From: Solirubrobacteraceae bacterium
GTDB taxonomy: Bacteria > Actinomycetota > Thermoleophilia > Solirubrobacterales > Solirubrobacteraceae
Assembly (NCBI GenBank): GCA_036266805.1
Contig: DATAXK010000025.1
Span: 54,497-118,496, forward strand
DNA: 64,000 bases
Reading direction: 5' to 3'
Shown here one piece after another: positions 39,001 through 50,400 of the stretch. The position numbers and the translations under genes are program-made. Positions within the stretch are counted from its first letter, which is position 1; each line of letters opens with the position of its first letter. The notes under the pieces were generated by a model. The model did not search any database and was not told the DNA's origin. It saw only the letters and a list, made by a program, of their open reading frames with translations.

Positions 39001-40917
39001 GGCGACCGGCGCCGCTCGGCGATCAAGCAGGTCGCCTCGGGGCGCTTTGGCGTGACGATCCACTACCTGGTCAACGCCGACGAGCTGCAGATCAAGATGG
39101 CCCAGGGTGCCAAGCCCGGTGAGGGCGGCCAGCTGCCCGGCCACAAGGTGGACGCCTACATCGGCTCGATCCGCCACACCACCCCCGGTGTCGGCCTGAT
39201 CTCACCGCCGCCCCACCACGACATCTACTCGATCGAGGATCTCAAGCAGCTGATCTACGACCTGCGCTGCTCCAACCCCGAGGCCCAGGTGTCCGTCAAG
39301 CTCGTCTCCGAGGTCGGTGTCGGCACCGTCGCCGCCGGCGTCTCCAAGGCCAACGCCGATCGCGTGCTGATCGCCGGCCATGACGGTGGCACGGGCGCCT
39401 CGCCGCTGTCCTCGATCCAAGCGGCCGGCATCCCCTGGGAGATAGGTCTGGCTGAGACTCAGCAAACGCTGCTGCTCAACGATCTGCGCTCGCGTATCGT
39501 CGTACAGACCGACGGCCAGCTGAAGACCGGCCGCGACGTCGTGATCGCCGCGATGCTCGGTGCCGACGAGATGGGCTTCTCCACCGGGCCGCTGATCGCG
39601 ACCGGCTGCATCATGATGCGCGCCTGCCACCTGAACACGTGTCCGGTCGGCATCGCCACGCAGGACCCGGAGCTGCGCAAGCGCTTCACAGGCACACCTG
39701 AGCACGTCGTCAACTTCTTCTTCTTCGTGGCCGAGGAAGTCCGCGAGATCCTTGCCTCGTTGGGTTTGCGCACTTTGGACGAGGCGATCGGGCGCGTCGA
39801 CTTGCTTGGTGCTGAGACCGCGATCGAGCACTGGAAGGCGCGCGGCGTGGATCTCACGCATATCCTCGCTCACGTCGAGTTGCCCGAGGGAGCGGCGCGC
39901 CATCGCGTCGAGCCGCCTCCGCGCGTGCTTGACGACGCGCTCGACTGGGAGCTGGTGGAGCGTTCGCGTGCGGTCATCGACGCGCCTGTGCCAGTCGCGA
40001 ATGGGCACGACGACGGCGAGGCTCAGGACATGGCCGTACAGGCGATCGCCCGCGATGGCTCAAGGCGCGCGCGAGTAGAGATCGAGCTGCCGATTCGCAA
40101 CGTCAATCGCTGCGTTGGCGGCATCCTCTCCAGCCATATCGCGCGTGCGCGTGGAGCCGAGGGGCTGCCGCCCGATTCGATCGTCGTTCGCTTCAAGGGC
40201 TCCGCCGGGCAGAGCTTCGGCGGCTGGCTTGCGCCCGGCGTCACCTTCGAGCTCGAGGGCGACACGAACGACTACACCGGCAAGGGACTCTCCGGCGGTG
40301 TCGTCTCGGTGCGCCCGTCGCGCGAGCTGGGCGAGCACTTCGTCGCCCAGGAGAACGTGATCGTCGGCAACACGGTGCTCTACGGTGCCACATCCGGCCG
40401 AGCTTTCTTCAGGGGCCTCGCCGGCGAGCGCTTTGCCGTGCGCAACTCGGGCGCGTGGGCGGTCGTCGAGGGTGTCGGCGATCACGGTTGCGAGTACATG
40501 ACCGGCGGTCGCGTCGTCGTGCTCGGGCCCACCGGCCGCAACTTCGCCGCCGGCATGAGCGGTGGGGTCGCCTACGTGCTCGACGAGTACGGCGACTTCC
40601 CCGCCCGCTGCAACATGGGCATGGTGGGCTTCGACGAGATATCGGCGGCCGACGCGATCGAGCTGCGCGCGATGATCGAGGAGCACGCGCGGCACACCGA
40701 CTCGCCGGTGGCGCGCGATGTGCTCGCGCGCTTCGAGCAGTTGCTTGCGAATGGCTCGCTCGTGAAGGTGATGCCCCACGACTACAAGCGCGTCTTGAGC
40801 GAACTGGCGGAGGTTGAGGCTCTGCAAGCCTCGGGCAACGGCAGCGTGCCTCTGGCGTCGCTCGGCGCGGTCGCTGCTCCACGCGCGGCGGCCGAGCCCG
40901 AGGAGGAGCGGATCTGA
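36064..40917 (+). CDS. gltB: Glutamate synthase large subunit
   Basis: CGVG glutaminase start, [45 protein letters not shown] domain. Confidence 0.97.
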   Translation: MTSQTLPSQAAGLYDPRYEHDACGVGMVARLDNVPTHEVVTRALTALENLEHRGASGADPLTGDGAGILMQMPDELLRAVAGFELPPLGAYGVFMCFLPTEDLARAEVEALLEQTVDNEGQRVLGWRDVPVCPEHTGATAAACRPVIRQLFVGAGSSPTPGVAGKGEVGAKGLDQDAFERKLYVIRRVCEQAVAAWPPERRKGFYVTSGSSRTINYKGMLISYQLGAFYPDLRDERCKSALGLVHSRFSTNTFPSWELAHPYRVICHNGEINTVMGNVNWMRARESELSSELFGQDLAKILPVVTQGNSDSATFDNVLELLLLAGRSLPHAVMMMIPEAYRARADLSEELKGFYAFHSCLMEPWDGPAAVAFTDGRVVGATLDRNGLRPGRWVLTKDGHVVLGSEAGLLDVPAEQVLRLGRLQPGKLFLVDLEQGCVVDDGDVKHRIATQKPYGEWYARNAVRFAEIAPAEQVTLSDQPLRRRQRAFGYSQEDLRVLLEPMARDAQEPLGSMGNDLSLAVLSDQAPPLFSYFKQLFAQVTNPPIDPIREEIVMSLSTSLGTERNLFDETPEHAHKLELDQPILLNRELETLRHISTDVFSSRTLDITWKVAEGPEGLAEALARVCEQAHEAIAEGVNIIILSDRLLGPARAAIPSLLAVSSVHHHLVREGTRLRAGIVLESGEPREVHHFATLIGYGASAINPYVMLETLDELVVQGRIVRAENGSSVPLSPEQAAQNTIKAIGKGLLKTISKMGISTIQSYRGAQIFEAVGLEPGLIERHFTGTASRIGGIGLDVLAVEALERHARAYPAPRDDLLPVGGVYAWRRDGEHHMWNPETIALVQHAVRSANGNVAAALRGDADAHAEVRDSPAFQKYREYAAAVNEDAARKATLRGLLRIGPERDGRPAGTGEAGTSAIPLSEVEPAREIVRRFCTGAMSLGSISREAHETLAIAMNRLGGRSNTGEGGEDPARFTPDANGDRRRSAIKQVASGRFGVTIHYLVNADELQIKMAQGAKPGEGGQLPGHKVDAYIGSIRHTTPGVGLISPPPHHDIYSIEDLKQLIYDLRCSNPEAQVSVKLVSEVGVGTVAAGVSKANADRVLIAGHDGGTGASPLSSIQAAGIPWEIGLAETQQTLLLNDLRSRIVVQTDGQLKTGRDVVIAAMLGADEMGFSTGPLIATGCIMMRACHLNTCPVGIATQDPELRKRFTGTPEHVVNFFFFVAEEVREILASLGLRTLDEAIGRVDLLGAETAIEHWKARGVDLTHILAHVELPEGAARHRVEPPPRVLDDALDWELVERSRAVIDAPVPVANGHDDGEAQDMAVQAIARDGSRRARVEIELPIRNVNRCVGGILSSHIARARGAEGLPPDSIVVRFKGSAGQSFGGWLAPGVTFELEGDTNDYTGKGLSGGVVSVRPSRELGEHFVAQENVIVGNTVLYGATSGRAFFRGLAGERFAVRNSGAWAVVEGVGDHGCEYMTGGRVVVLGPTGRNFAAGMSGGVAYVLDEYGDFPARCNMGMVGFDEISAADAIELRAMIEEHARHTDSPVARDVLARFEQLLANGSLVKVMPHDYKRVLSELAEVEALQASGNGSVPLASLGAVAAPRAAAEPEEERI

Positions 40918-42506
40918 TGGGCAAGCTTGGCGGTTTCCTGCAAATAGAGCGTCACGGGATGACCTATCGCGATCCCAACGAGCGAGCGCATGACTATCAG
41001 GAGTTCGTCGTAGAGCGTCCCGTGCAGGAGTTGCGCGACCAGGGTGCGCGCTGCATGGAATGCGGCGTGCCCTTCTGCCACAACGGCTGTCCGCTGGGCA
41101 ATCTGATCCCCGACTGGAACGACCTCGTGTATCGCGATCGCTGGCAGGAGGCGATCGCCCAACTGCACGCCACCAACAACTTCCCCGACTTCACCGGACG
41201 CCTGTGCCCGGCACCGTGCGAGGCCTCCTGTGTGCTCGAGATTCGCGAGGGCGACTCGGTCACGATCAAGCAGATCGAGCTTGCGATCGTCGATCGGGCC
41301 TTCGCGGAAGGCTGGATCAGGCCTGAGCCGCCCAAGGCCAAGTACGAGACCGGCCAGTCGGTCGCGGTCGTCGGCTCGGGCCCCGCCGGTATGGCCGCCG
41401 CACAGCAGTTGCGCCGCATCGGCCACAACGTCACACTGTTCGAGCGCGACGAGGCCGCGGGCGGGCTTGTGCGTTTCGGCGTGCCCGACTTCAAGATCGA
41501 GAAGCGCGTCGTGCAGCGGCGCGTCGAGCAGTTGATCGCCGAGGGCGTCGACCTGCGCTGTGGCGTGGATGTCGGCAGCGACGTCACGGTGGCCGAGCTG
41601 CGTGAGCGCTTCGACGCGGTCGTGCTTGCGACCGGCTCGCGCGTTCCCCGCGACCTGCCTGTGCCAGGGCGCGAGCTTCACGGCGTTCACTTCGCGATGG
41701 ACTACCTCTACCAGCGCAATCGCTTTGTGGCGAGCGAGTACGGCCCCGAGCCGACTGTGCCCCAGCCGCCCGCCGGCGAGCCGATCAGCGCGGCCGGCAA
41801 GCACGTCGTCGTGATCGGCGGCGGCGACACGGGCGCCGACTGTGTCGGCAATTCGCTGCGCGAGGGCGCCCTTTCGATCGTCCAGCTCGAGCTTCTGCCC
41901 GAGCCCCCCGAGCACCGCCCGGACGAGCGCACGCCGTGGCCCGAGTGGCCGCTGAAGTATCGCCTCTCCTACGCGATGGAGGAGGCCAAGACGGCGGCTG
42001 TGGGCGAGCAGGACTATTCGGTCACCACGGCCCGCTTCACCGGCGACGAGCACGGTAACGTCGCCGCGTTGCACATTGCCGCGGCCGAGGCGGCGCCGCC
42101 GTTCGGGTCGGTGCCCGGCACCGAACGCGAACTGCCGGCGCAGCTCGTGCTGCTGGCGATGGGCTTTCTGCATCCCGAGCAGCCGCTGCTGGATCAGCTC
42201 GGCGTGGAGAAGGATCGGCGTGGCAACGTCAAGGCGCTCAAGCCCTACACGACCTCGGTGGACGGCGTCTTCGCCGCGGGTGACGCGCGCCGCGGGCAGT
42301 CGTTGATCGTGTGGGCGATCAACGAGGGACGCCAGTGCGCGCGGATGGTCGATCGCTATCTGTCCGGTCTGCGGGTCGAGGCGGCCGGCGGTGCCGCCTC
42401 CAACGGCGCGACGCCCGAAGACGGCGGTATTGCCGGTCACGGCGAGGCCGACGAAGGCCCCGAGGGACCGCCGCGGCACGTCGGGCCGGGCGTGCCCGCC
42501 GAATGA
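40917..42506 (+). CDS. gltD: Glutamate synthase small subunit
   Basis: [61 protein letters not shown]. Confidence 0.96.
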   Translation: MGKLGGFLQIERHGMTYRDPNERAHDYQEFVVERPVQELRDQGARCMECGVPFCHNGCPLGNLIPDWNDLVYRDRWQEAIAQLHATNNFPDFTGRLCPAPCEASCVLEIREGDSVTIKQIELAIVDRAFAEGWIRPEPPKAKYETGQSVAVVGSGPAGMAAAQQLRRIGHNVTLFERDEAAGGLVRFGVPDFKIEKRVVQRRVEQLIAEGVDLRCGVDVGSDVTVAELRERFDAVVLATGSRVPRDLPVPGRELHGVHFAMDYLYQRNRFVASEYGPEPTVPQPPAGEPISAAGKHVVVIGGGDTGADCVGNSLREGALSIVQLELLPEPPEHRPDERTPWPEWPLKYRLSYAMEEAKTAAVGEQDYSVTTARFTGDEHGNVAALHIAAAEAAPPFGSVPGTERELPAQLVLLAMGFLHPEQPLLDQLGVEKDRRGNVKALKPYTTSVDGVFAAGDARRGQSLIVWAINEGRQCARMVDRYLSGLRVEAAGGAASNGATPEDGGIAGHGEADEGPEGPPRHVGPGVPAE

Positions 42507-42535
42507 TCTTCCAGCCGCGGCGCTAGACTGGCTGC

Positions 42536-43945
42536 GTGGCCAGCAGCCCGGAGAACGGACGCCTCGCTTTGAGCAACGGCAATATCGCCGCAAGCGGCCT
42601 GCCGCGAGCCTGCATCATCGGCGCCGGTTCCTCCGGCATCGCCGCGGCCAAGGCGCTGCTCGACCGCGGCATCCCCTTCGACTGCTTCGAGAAGTCAGAC
42701 CAGGTCGGGGGCAATTGGGTCTTTGGCAACCGCAATGGTATGTCCGCCGCCTACCGCGACCTATTCATCAACGTCTCGCGCGAGCGCATGGCCTACGCCG
42801 ACTTCCCGATGCCGAGCAGCTATCCGGACTTTCCCCACCACACCCACATCAAGGAGTACTTCGACAACTACGTCGACCACTTCGGGCTGCGCGAGCAGAT
42901 CGCGTTTGAGACGTCGGTGGAGAGCGCACGCAAGCGCGAGGACGGAAAGTGGGAAACAGTGCTTAGCAACGGCCAGACGCGCTTTTATGATGCGCTACTG
43001 GTCGCCAACGGACACCATTGGGATCCGCGCTGGCCAGAACCGGCTTTCCCCGGGACGGACACGTTCGAGGGCAAGCAGCTGCACGCGCACTCATATGTGG
43101 ACAATTCGATCTTCGCGGGCAAGGATGTCGTGATCCTCGGCATGGGCAACTCGGCGATGGACATCGCGGTGGAGTCCTCCTATGTGGCCGCCAACACCTA
43201 CCTAGCAGCGCGCAAAGGGGCTTGGATCATCCCCAAGTACGTGTTCGGCAAGCCCGTCGACCAGCTGCCCAACAATCCCCGCATCCCGTTTGCGATTCGC
43301 CAGCGCATGATCCACCAGACGATCAAGACGTTGACCGGACCGCCCGAGCGCTACGGCTTGCCCAAGCCAGACCATAAGTTCGGCGAGGCTCATCCCACCG
43401 TCTCCGGGCGCATCCTCGATCGCATCGCCCACGGCACGATTGCGCCCAAGCCGAACATCGCCTCGCTCGACGGAGGTGGCGTGCACTTTACCGACGGTAG
43501 CGAGGTCCACGCCGACGTCGTCGTGTACTGCACCGGCTACAAGATCAGCTTCCCGTTCTTCGACAAGGACTTTTTGGCGGCGCCGGACAACCACATCGAG
43601 CTGTTTCGCCGCGTCTTTCATCCTGGTATCGAGGGTCTGTTCTTCATTGGGCTCCTGCAGCCGCTCGGCGCGATCATGCCGCTGGCCGAGGCCCAGTCGG
43701 CCTGGGTCGGCGACTACCTGCGCGGCGAGTACGCGCTGCCCGCCCCGGCGCGGGTGCGCCGCGACGTCGCCTCCGACCAGGCAGCCATGCACAAGCGCTA
43801 CATCGCCTCCAAGCGCCACACGATCCAGGTCGACTTCGACGACTACCTGTACGCGCTCGAAGCCGAGCGGCGTGCCGGCGCCGAGCGCGCGCGAGCGCGT
43901 GGGTTTGCCGTGCCGTTGGCGGCACACGCCTCCTCTCTGGCCTAG
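42536..43945 (+). CDS. Flavin-containing monooxygenase (class B FMO-like)
   Basis: GAGSSG, VANGHH, LHAHSY, GMGNSAMD, YCTGY; TAGACT 6 nt before GTG. Confidence 0.9.
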   Translation: MASSPENGRLALSNGNIAASGLPRACIIGAGSSGIAAAKALLDRGIPFDCFEKSDQVGGNWVFGNRNGMSAAYRDLFINVSRERMAYADFPMPSSYPDFPHHTHIKEYFDNYVDHFGLREQIAFETSVESARKREDGKWETVLSNGQTRFYDALLVANGHHWDPRWPEPAFPGTDTFEGKQLHAHSYVDNSIFAGKDVVILGMGNSAMDIAVESSYVAANTYLAARKGAWIIPKYVFGKPVDQLPNNPRIPFAIRQRMIHQTIKTLTGPPERYGLPKPDHKFGEAHPTVSGRILDRIAHGTIAPKPNIASLDGGGVHFTDGSEVHADVVVYCTGYKISFPFFDKDFLAAPDNHIELFRRVFHPGIEGLFFIGLLQPLGAIMPLAEAQSAWVGDYLRGEYALPAPARVRRDVASDQAAMHKRYIASKRHTIQVDFDDYLYALEAERRAGAERARARGFAVPLAAHASSLA

Positions 43946-44021
43946 CGCCAAAAGCTCCCTCTCTTCCCAGGACCGCCGTTCGCTCGGAGGGCTCTCGCAC
44001 GTTCCTGTGCGACAGAGGGGG

Positions 44022-44049
44022 TTGACTTTTGGACAGGCCTTGGTATAAG
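44022..44049 (+). promoter_or_regulatory. Putative housekeeping-sigma promoter for the giant secreted protein pair
   Basis: TTGACT at 44022-44027; extended -10 TG-G-TATAAG at 44041-44049. Confidence 0.6.
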
Positions 44050-44249
44050 GTACCCATGTGGTCGTTCCGCATCGGGCGTCTACTAAACATAAGCGTCGGG
44101 TTTTGGGTCGGTCTCTGTGGTCGACGCTAACCGGTTCAAGCAGGGCCCTTTGTTCTCACGTTGTTGGGCGTCAGTCCAGGGGCGTTTTGTTTTGCCCGCG
44201 GTCCCGCGGGTTTCGTGTGGATCGCTCTTTTGGGGAGGGGATGGGTTAG

Positions 44250-47200
44250 ATGATCGCTCGTCGTTTGAAGCTGCCGGTGATGGTCCTTGGGTGTGTGCTG
44301 GCTGGTGCGGTGGGGTTGATGGTGGCACCCGCTTTGGCGCTGGCTGCTCCGATAACTCCGGTGTTGTATGCCGTGTCGCAACGTACCCCGGAAACCGTGA
44401 CGGTGCTCGGTGTGTTGAATCTCGAAAGCGAAACCGAAGGCGGTAGCGAAGGCGGCATTTACGAATTTCTCTATAAAGAATCGGCGAGTGGGGAATGCGA
44501 AGGAGCGGATCATTCGCTGCCGGTTCTGTGGTCTGGATCGCAGGCCCAATTTCCTGAAGGGACGCTCTCGGGTTTGAAACCGGGCAAGACCTACGCGGTG
44601 TGTCTACGTGTGGAAAACAGCACCGCGGAAACGGCTGTCAGTAAACCATTCACGGTTACGACGGCGATCGCTCCTGAAGTGCCGACGGGCGAGGAAGCCA
44701 AACCAATTGCCGCGAGAAGCGCGACGTTGCACGGCGTGTTGAACCCCGGTGCCGAACGCACTGTGGAACCCGGCAACTATGAATTCGTGTACAGCCGCTC
44801 CTCGAGCGAATGCCAGGGTCCGGAAGAAAAGACGACTTCGCCTGTCACGGGCAGCGGCGCAAAGGGCGAGACCGTGGAAGCACCGGTAGCAGAACTGCTC
44901 TCGCATACTCAGTACACGTTCTGTTTGCGTGAGAGCAACGAAGCGTCGCCAACCGAATCGGTGTTGGGGGCGCCCGTGACGTTCACGACGCCGGCGGGGG
45001 CGCCGCGGATAGAAGCAGAGTTCACGAGCGAAGTAGCTTCGACCAGCGCGACGCTGCACGCAACGATCAACCCAGAAGGCGCCGAAACCTCATACGTTTT
45101 CGAATCCGCTCCCGTTGGCGGTACGTTCGCTCCTGTGGTGGAAGCCGGGGGCGAGGGTGATATCCCGGAAGGAGCGGCCGGTGTGCCGGTGAGCGTGCAT
45201 GTGCAGAAGGGCTTGGTTCCTGGCGCCACCTATGAGTTCCGTGTGGTCACGAGCAACTCGGTGGGAAGTGTGACCGGTGGGACGGTCACCTTCACAAACC
45301 AGCATGCGACGACCGAACTCGCGCTTCCCGATGGTCGCCAGTATGAAATGGTCTCCCCGCTGCAGAAGGAGGGTGCGCTGTTCTTGCCTATTCGCGAAGG
45401 CATCATCCAGGCCGCGGCTGACGGGAACGCTTTCACCGACGAGAGCGCCTTCGAGCCGATCGAAGACGGTGCTGCCGGCGCTTATGGTTTCCATGAGGCC
45501 GATTTCTTTGGTCGTGGTCCCGGTGGGTGGGTATCCAAGACGATCACGCCGCCTCACCCTGCAAGGGGCGCGGTGCCACTATACGGGGGGCAGGAATATC
45601 GGTTTTTCTCGGAAGACCTCTCCGAGGCTATTTTGCAGCCGTTTGGTCCCACGACTCCGCTCGCGCCCGGTGTGAGCGAATCGACACCCTATATCCACAC
45701 CGATTATCTAAATGGCGATCAGGGTGAACTATGCGGTACGGATTGCTTTCAACCGCTGGTGACCGAAGCCAACGTGCCGGCCGGCACAAAGTACGGGGAA
45801 GAAGAAAGCGAACCCTGTAAGAACCGTAGGCCCATCTGTGGTCCAGAAGTTGTTGCGACGAGCCCAGACTTGAGCCACGTTCTGATCAGCTCGGATGTCG
45901 CGCTGACAGCCGGCTCCGGTGGGGGACGGTATGAGTGGGTAGGCGGCAAGTTGACATTCATCACCACCGGGCGCGTGGATGCGATCTCCGACAACGGGTC
46001 GCTCGTCATCGATGGGTCCTATGAAGGGATGGAAGGGTTGCTGTTGCACGACGCCGCGACGGGCGAAACGATTCGCCTCGACGTGCCGCAGGGTAGCGGT
46101 CTGTCGCCGGTACCACCCGGACAGGCGTCGTTCCAAGCAGCGAGCGCCGATGTCTCGAGGGTCTTCTTCACCAGCGAACAGCCGTTGGTCGGGGGTGTGA
46201 GCGAACCGGCTCTCTATGAATACAACCTGAACGCTCCGGCGGGTAGCCGCCTGACCGATATCAGCGCCGATGAGAACTCCGGCGAAGCGGCTGGTGTGAG
46301 CTCGGTGCTGGGGACGAGCAATGACGGCTCATATGTGTATTTCGCGGCGAGCGGGGTGCTCGCACAGGGCGCCACTCCCGCGAAATGCGACAGCGAAACG
46401 CCCGTATGCATGAATCTGTACGTGCATCACGACGGGACAACCACGTTCGTCGCGGGACTCGGTGAAGAAGACTATCCGGACTGGATCGTCAACCGGGGCG
46501 ATCGCGTGACCGCGCGCGTGTCACCTAACGGGCAGTGGCTAGCGTTCATGTCAAACCGCGATCTGACGGGTTATGACACCGATGACGCCGTCAGTGATCA
46601 TCCCGATGAGGAGGTCTACCTATATGGTGCCTCCGCCGGCAAGCTCGTCTGCGCTTCGTGCGATCCGACCGGCTCACGCCCTGTGGGAGTGGAATACGGC
46701 GAAAGCGAATCCAGGCTAGTAGACGGCCTCAATGTCTTTCCCGATAACACGTGGATCGCGGCGAACGTGCCGCCATGGACGGACTTCGAAAGCTCTAAAG
46801 CGAGCTATCAGTCACGGTATCTGTCCGATAGCGGCCGCTTGTTCTTCGACAGCGGCGATGCACTTGTTTCGCAGGATGTGAACGGCACACAGGATGTGTA
46901 TCAGTACGAGCCGCACGGTGTGGGTAGTTGTACGTCTGGCACTTTGACGTTCAGTGAACGCTCGGATGGTTGTGTCGATTTGGTCTCCTCGGGGGAATCC
47001 GCTGAAGAATCGACGTTCCTCGACGCGAGTGAAACGGGTGGGGACGTGTTCTTCCTGACGTCCTCAAAACTCGTCGGACAGGACACCGACAATGCGTATG
47101 ACATCTACGATGCGCGTGAATGCGGTAGCCCGTCGCGGTGCTTGGCGCCCGAGTCGGTGAGTCCGCCGCCGTGTGACACGGGCGATTCCTGTAAGCCGGC

Positions 47201-47459
47201 GTCCACGCCGCAACCGGCGATCTTCGGGTCGCCTTCCAGCGCGACGTTCTCAGGCGCGGGGAACGTCACGCCGCCAATTGGGACGCCCGCGGTCAAAACG
47301 AAGGCGTTGACGCGCGCGCAACAGTTGACGCGGGCGTTGAAAGCGTGTCGTGAGAAGAAGAGGGGCAAGCGGCGAAATACGTGCGAACGTCAGGCTCGCG
47401 CGCGGTACGGCGCAAAGAAAGCGCGTAAGGCCAATGCAATCAAGAGGAGCGGACGATGA
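44250..47459 (+). CDS. Large secreted protein: 3 FN3-like domains, beta-propeller-like region, Cys/Lys/Arg-rich tail
   Basis: Signal peptide ...APALALA; three ATL(H)G/NP...YxF...L.PG..Y repeats; repeated S.DG..V.F blades; tail ALKACREKKRGKRRNTCERQARARYG. Confidence 0.85.
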   Translation: MIARRLKLPVMVLGCVLAGAVGLMVAPALALAAPITPVLYAVSQRTPETVTVLGVLNLESETEGGSEGGIYEFLYKESASGECEGADHSLPVLWSGSQAQFPEGTLSGLKPGKTYAVCLRVENSTAETAVSKPFTVTTAIAPEVPTGEEAKPIAARSATLHGVLNPGAERTVEPGNYEFVYSRSSSECQGPEEKTTSPVTGSGAKGETVEAPVAELLSHTQYTFCLRESNEASPTESVLGAPVTFTTPAGAPRIEAEFTSEVASTSATLHATINPEGAETSYVFESAPVGGTFAPVVEAGGEGDIPEGAAGVPVSVHVQKGLVPGATYEFRVVTSNSVGSVTGGTVTFTNQHATTELALPDGRQYEMVSPLQKEGALFLPIREGIIQAAADGNAFTDESAFEPIEDGAAGAYGFHEADFFGRGPGGWVSKTITPPHPARGAVPLYGGQEYRFFSEDLSEAILQPFGPTTPLAPGVSESTPYIHTDYLNGDQGELCGTDCFQPLVTEANVPAGTKYGEEESEPCKNRRPICGPEVVATSPDLSHVLISSDVALTAGSGGGRYEWVGGKLTFITTGRVDAISDNGSLVIDGSYEGMEGLLLHDAATGETIRLDVPQGSGLSPVPPGQASFQAASADVSRVFFTSEQPLVGGVSEPALYEYNLNAPAGSRLTDISADENSGEAAGVSSVLGTSNDGSYVYFAASGVLAQGATPAKCDSETPVCMNLYVHHDGTTTFVAGLGEEDYPDWIVNRGDRVTARVSPNGQWLAFMSNRDLTGYDTDDAVSDHPDEEVYLYGASAGKLVCASCDPTGSRPVGVEYGESESRLVDGLNVFPDNTWIAANVPPWTDFESSKASYQSRYLSDSGRLFFDSGDALVSQDVNGTQDVYQYEPHGVGSCTSGTLTFSERSDGCVDLVSSGESAEESTFLDASETGGDVFFLTSSKLVGQDTDNAYDIYDARECGSPSRCLAPESVSPPPCDTGDSCKPASTPQPAIFGSPSSATFSGAGNVTPPIGTPAVKTKALTRAQQLTRALKACREKKRGKRRNTCERQARARYGAKKARKANAIKRSGR

Positions 47460-50400
47460 GCGTGGGTATGATCAAGAGAAGCCTCATTGGCGTTGTCGCG
47501 CTCGCACTTGTCAGCCTGTGCGTGCAGGTCTCATCGGCGCTAGCTGTTCAACCGTGGTGGAAGCTGCAGGTCGATAGTGCCCCCGCGATCCTGCAGCCCG
47601 GTCAGGGACGAGACGAGGTTCAGGAATTGACGGTCACGGCAACCGGTGGCAGTTTTATTTTGGGAAACGAAACGAATTCGTACGTGTCTCATGAATTTGC
47701 CTGGGATGCTACGCACCAGGAATTGCAGGAAGGCCTTGAAGATATGTTCGGTAGGGGCGACGTGGAAGTTCCGAGTGGGCAGGGCAACGTTGCGGGTAGC
47801 GATCCTTACCGGATCATATGGAAAGATCGCTACATCGAACGGTTGGAATTCGGGGGCGGGAGCTTGTCTGGAGGTGCGACGATCAAGCAAGTCAGTCGGG
47901 GTCGCAGCGAAGCGACGCTGATCTTGACGGCGGCAAATATGGGCGATAGGGATCTGACGGGGCCCGTGAAGTTGACCGCGAAACTACCGGCGGGCATGAC
48001 CGCGGTGCAGATCACCGGGTCAGGGGGGTTCGGCAACGTCAACCCGATTGAATGCGATGCGGAAACGCTGAGCTGCACATACACGGGTATCACGGCTCCC
48101 TACGAGCAGGTCGAGTTGGTCATCCAGGTGAGCTTGAATCCGGGGGCGCATTCGGGTGAAGCGGTTGAACTGTCGGCGAGTGGCGGTAACGCTCCGCCTG
48201 CCAAGAGGACGCGTGCGATGACCGTCGGGAGCGTGGCGCCGTCGTTTGGTGTCGAGAACTATGAATTGGCTCCAGAAGAAGAAGGCGGCTCGCCCGCGAC
48301 GCAGGCCGGTTCACACCCATTCCAGCTCACGACAACGGTGACGCTCAACGGGGGCCCACTCGAAAACTATTACAACTCCAAATATCAGCCACAACAGGTC
48401 GAAATGCCCAAGGATCTCGTGTTCAAGATCCCTCCGGGCTTGATCGGCAACCCGACGCCGTTCCCGCAATGCACGGTCGCGCAATTCGACCAATCGAACC
48501 GCGAGGTAGACGAATGTCCAAACGACACGGCGATAGGTGTCGCGTCGGTCACGATCGTATTCGAAGCGGTTGTCGCGACCTTTCCCGTGCCGCTCTTCAA
48601 TCTGACGCCGTCTGCCGGTGAGCCCGCACGCTTTGGCTTCGACGTGCTGAACAACCCAGTGTTCCTGGATACATCGGTACGCACGGGTGGTGATTATGGC
48701 GTGACGGTGAAGGTCACGAACATAACCCAACAGGTCGCGTTTGTGGGTAGTCGAGTGACGTTCTGGGGCGTGCCGGGCGATCCGCGCCACGACGAGCAGC
48801 GTGGCTGGAGCTGCCTCGCCGATGGGCATGAGCAGCTAGAATCCGCAGGTAGGTTCGCGCCGTGCACTGCCGTGGGTCAGCGTTTGCCGCCGCCGTTGTT
48901 GGAGTTGCCGACCTCGTGCACGGGACCGTTGCAGACCACGCTGGAAGCCGATTCGTGGCAGAGCGAGGGTAGTTTCTCGTCCGTTGGTCCCAATACGCCG
49001 TTGCCGAGCCTCGATGGTTGTAACAAGCTGCCGTTCAACCCCTCTATCAGTGTCGCACCGGACGGGCAGGCTGGTAGTACTCCCACGGGGTTGACGGTGG
49101 GTATCCATCTTCCTCAGGAAGTGAGTTTGGATGGGGAAGGGTTGGGTGAGGCCGTTGTGAGGAACACGACTGTCGCGTTGCCCGAAGGAGTCGTGTTGAA
49201 CCCCTCTGCCGCCGATGGCCTGTCCTCTTGCTCTGAAGGCGAGGCTGGGCTCTCCGAAGATCGTGCGGTGTCGTGTCCCGATGCGTCGAAGGTTGGGACG
49301 GTGAAGATCAAGAGTCCATTGCTGCCGAATGCGCTTGAAGGCGCGGTTTATTTGGCAGCACAAGACGCCAACCCGTTCGGGAGCTTGGTCGCGCTGTATG
49401 TGGTTGCTGAAGATCCTGTGTCTGGGACGTTGGTCAAGGTTGCTGGCGAAGTCGTGTTGAATCAGCAGACCGGCCAGTTGGTCTCGACGTTCAAGAACAC
49501 TCCCCAACTCCCGTTTGAAAACTTTGAACTGCATTTCTTTGGTGGGGAACGAGCACCACTGGCGACCCCCAGCGCTTGTGGGGCGTATACGACGAACGCG
49601 TCGATAGAACCATGGTCTGGTAATCGGACGGCTGAACCGTCTTCGACGTTCGATGTGATCTCCGGCCCCAACGGCAGTCCCTGCTCCAACCCGCTGCCGT
49701 TCGGTCCGTCTTTGACGGCTGGCACGACGAGTATTCAGGCTGGTGGGTTCAGCCCGTTTACGATGACGATGAGCCGCACCGACGGCCAACAGAACCTGAA
49801 GGTAGTGCAACTGCACATGCCTTCGGGCCTATTGGGTTTGGTGTCCTCGGTCGATCCGTGTGGGGAACCACAAGCCGACGCGGGTACATGTACTGCCGCG
49901 AGCCTGATCGGGCATACGACCGTCAGCGTTGGTATTGGTGGGGACCCGTATAGCGTGACCGGCGGGGAAGTGTTCATCACCGGACCGTATGAGGGTGCCC
50001 CCTACGGACTGTCGATCGTGGTGCCGGCGGTAGCCGGCCCATACAACCTCGGGAAGGTCGTGGTACGAGCGAAGATCGAAGTGGATCCGTTGACGGCGAA
50101 TTTGACGGTTACGACCGATAGCAGTGGTCCGTATGCGATCCCGACGATCATCGATGGCATCCCGTTGCAGATCCAACACGTGAACGTCACGATCGACAGG
50201 CCAGGATTCATTTTCAACCCAACCGATTGTGCGCCGTTGGCGGTCAGTGGGAGCCTAACGAGCGATCATGGCGCCGTATCCACCTTGAACGTGCCGTTCC
50301 AGGTCACCAACTGTGCGACCCTCGGCTTCAAACCGAAGTTGACGGTCGCTACTTCGGGGAAGACGTCGCGTAAGAACGGGACGAGTCTTTTGATCAAGAT

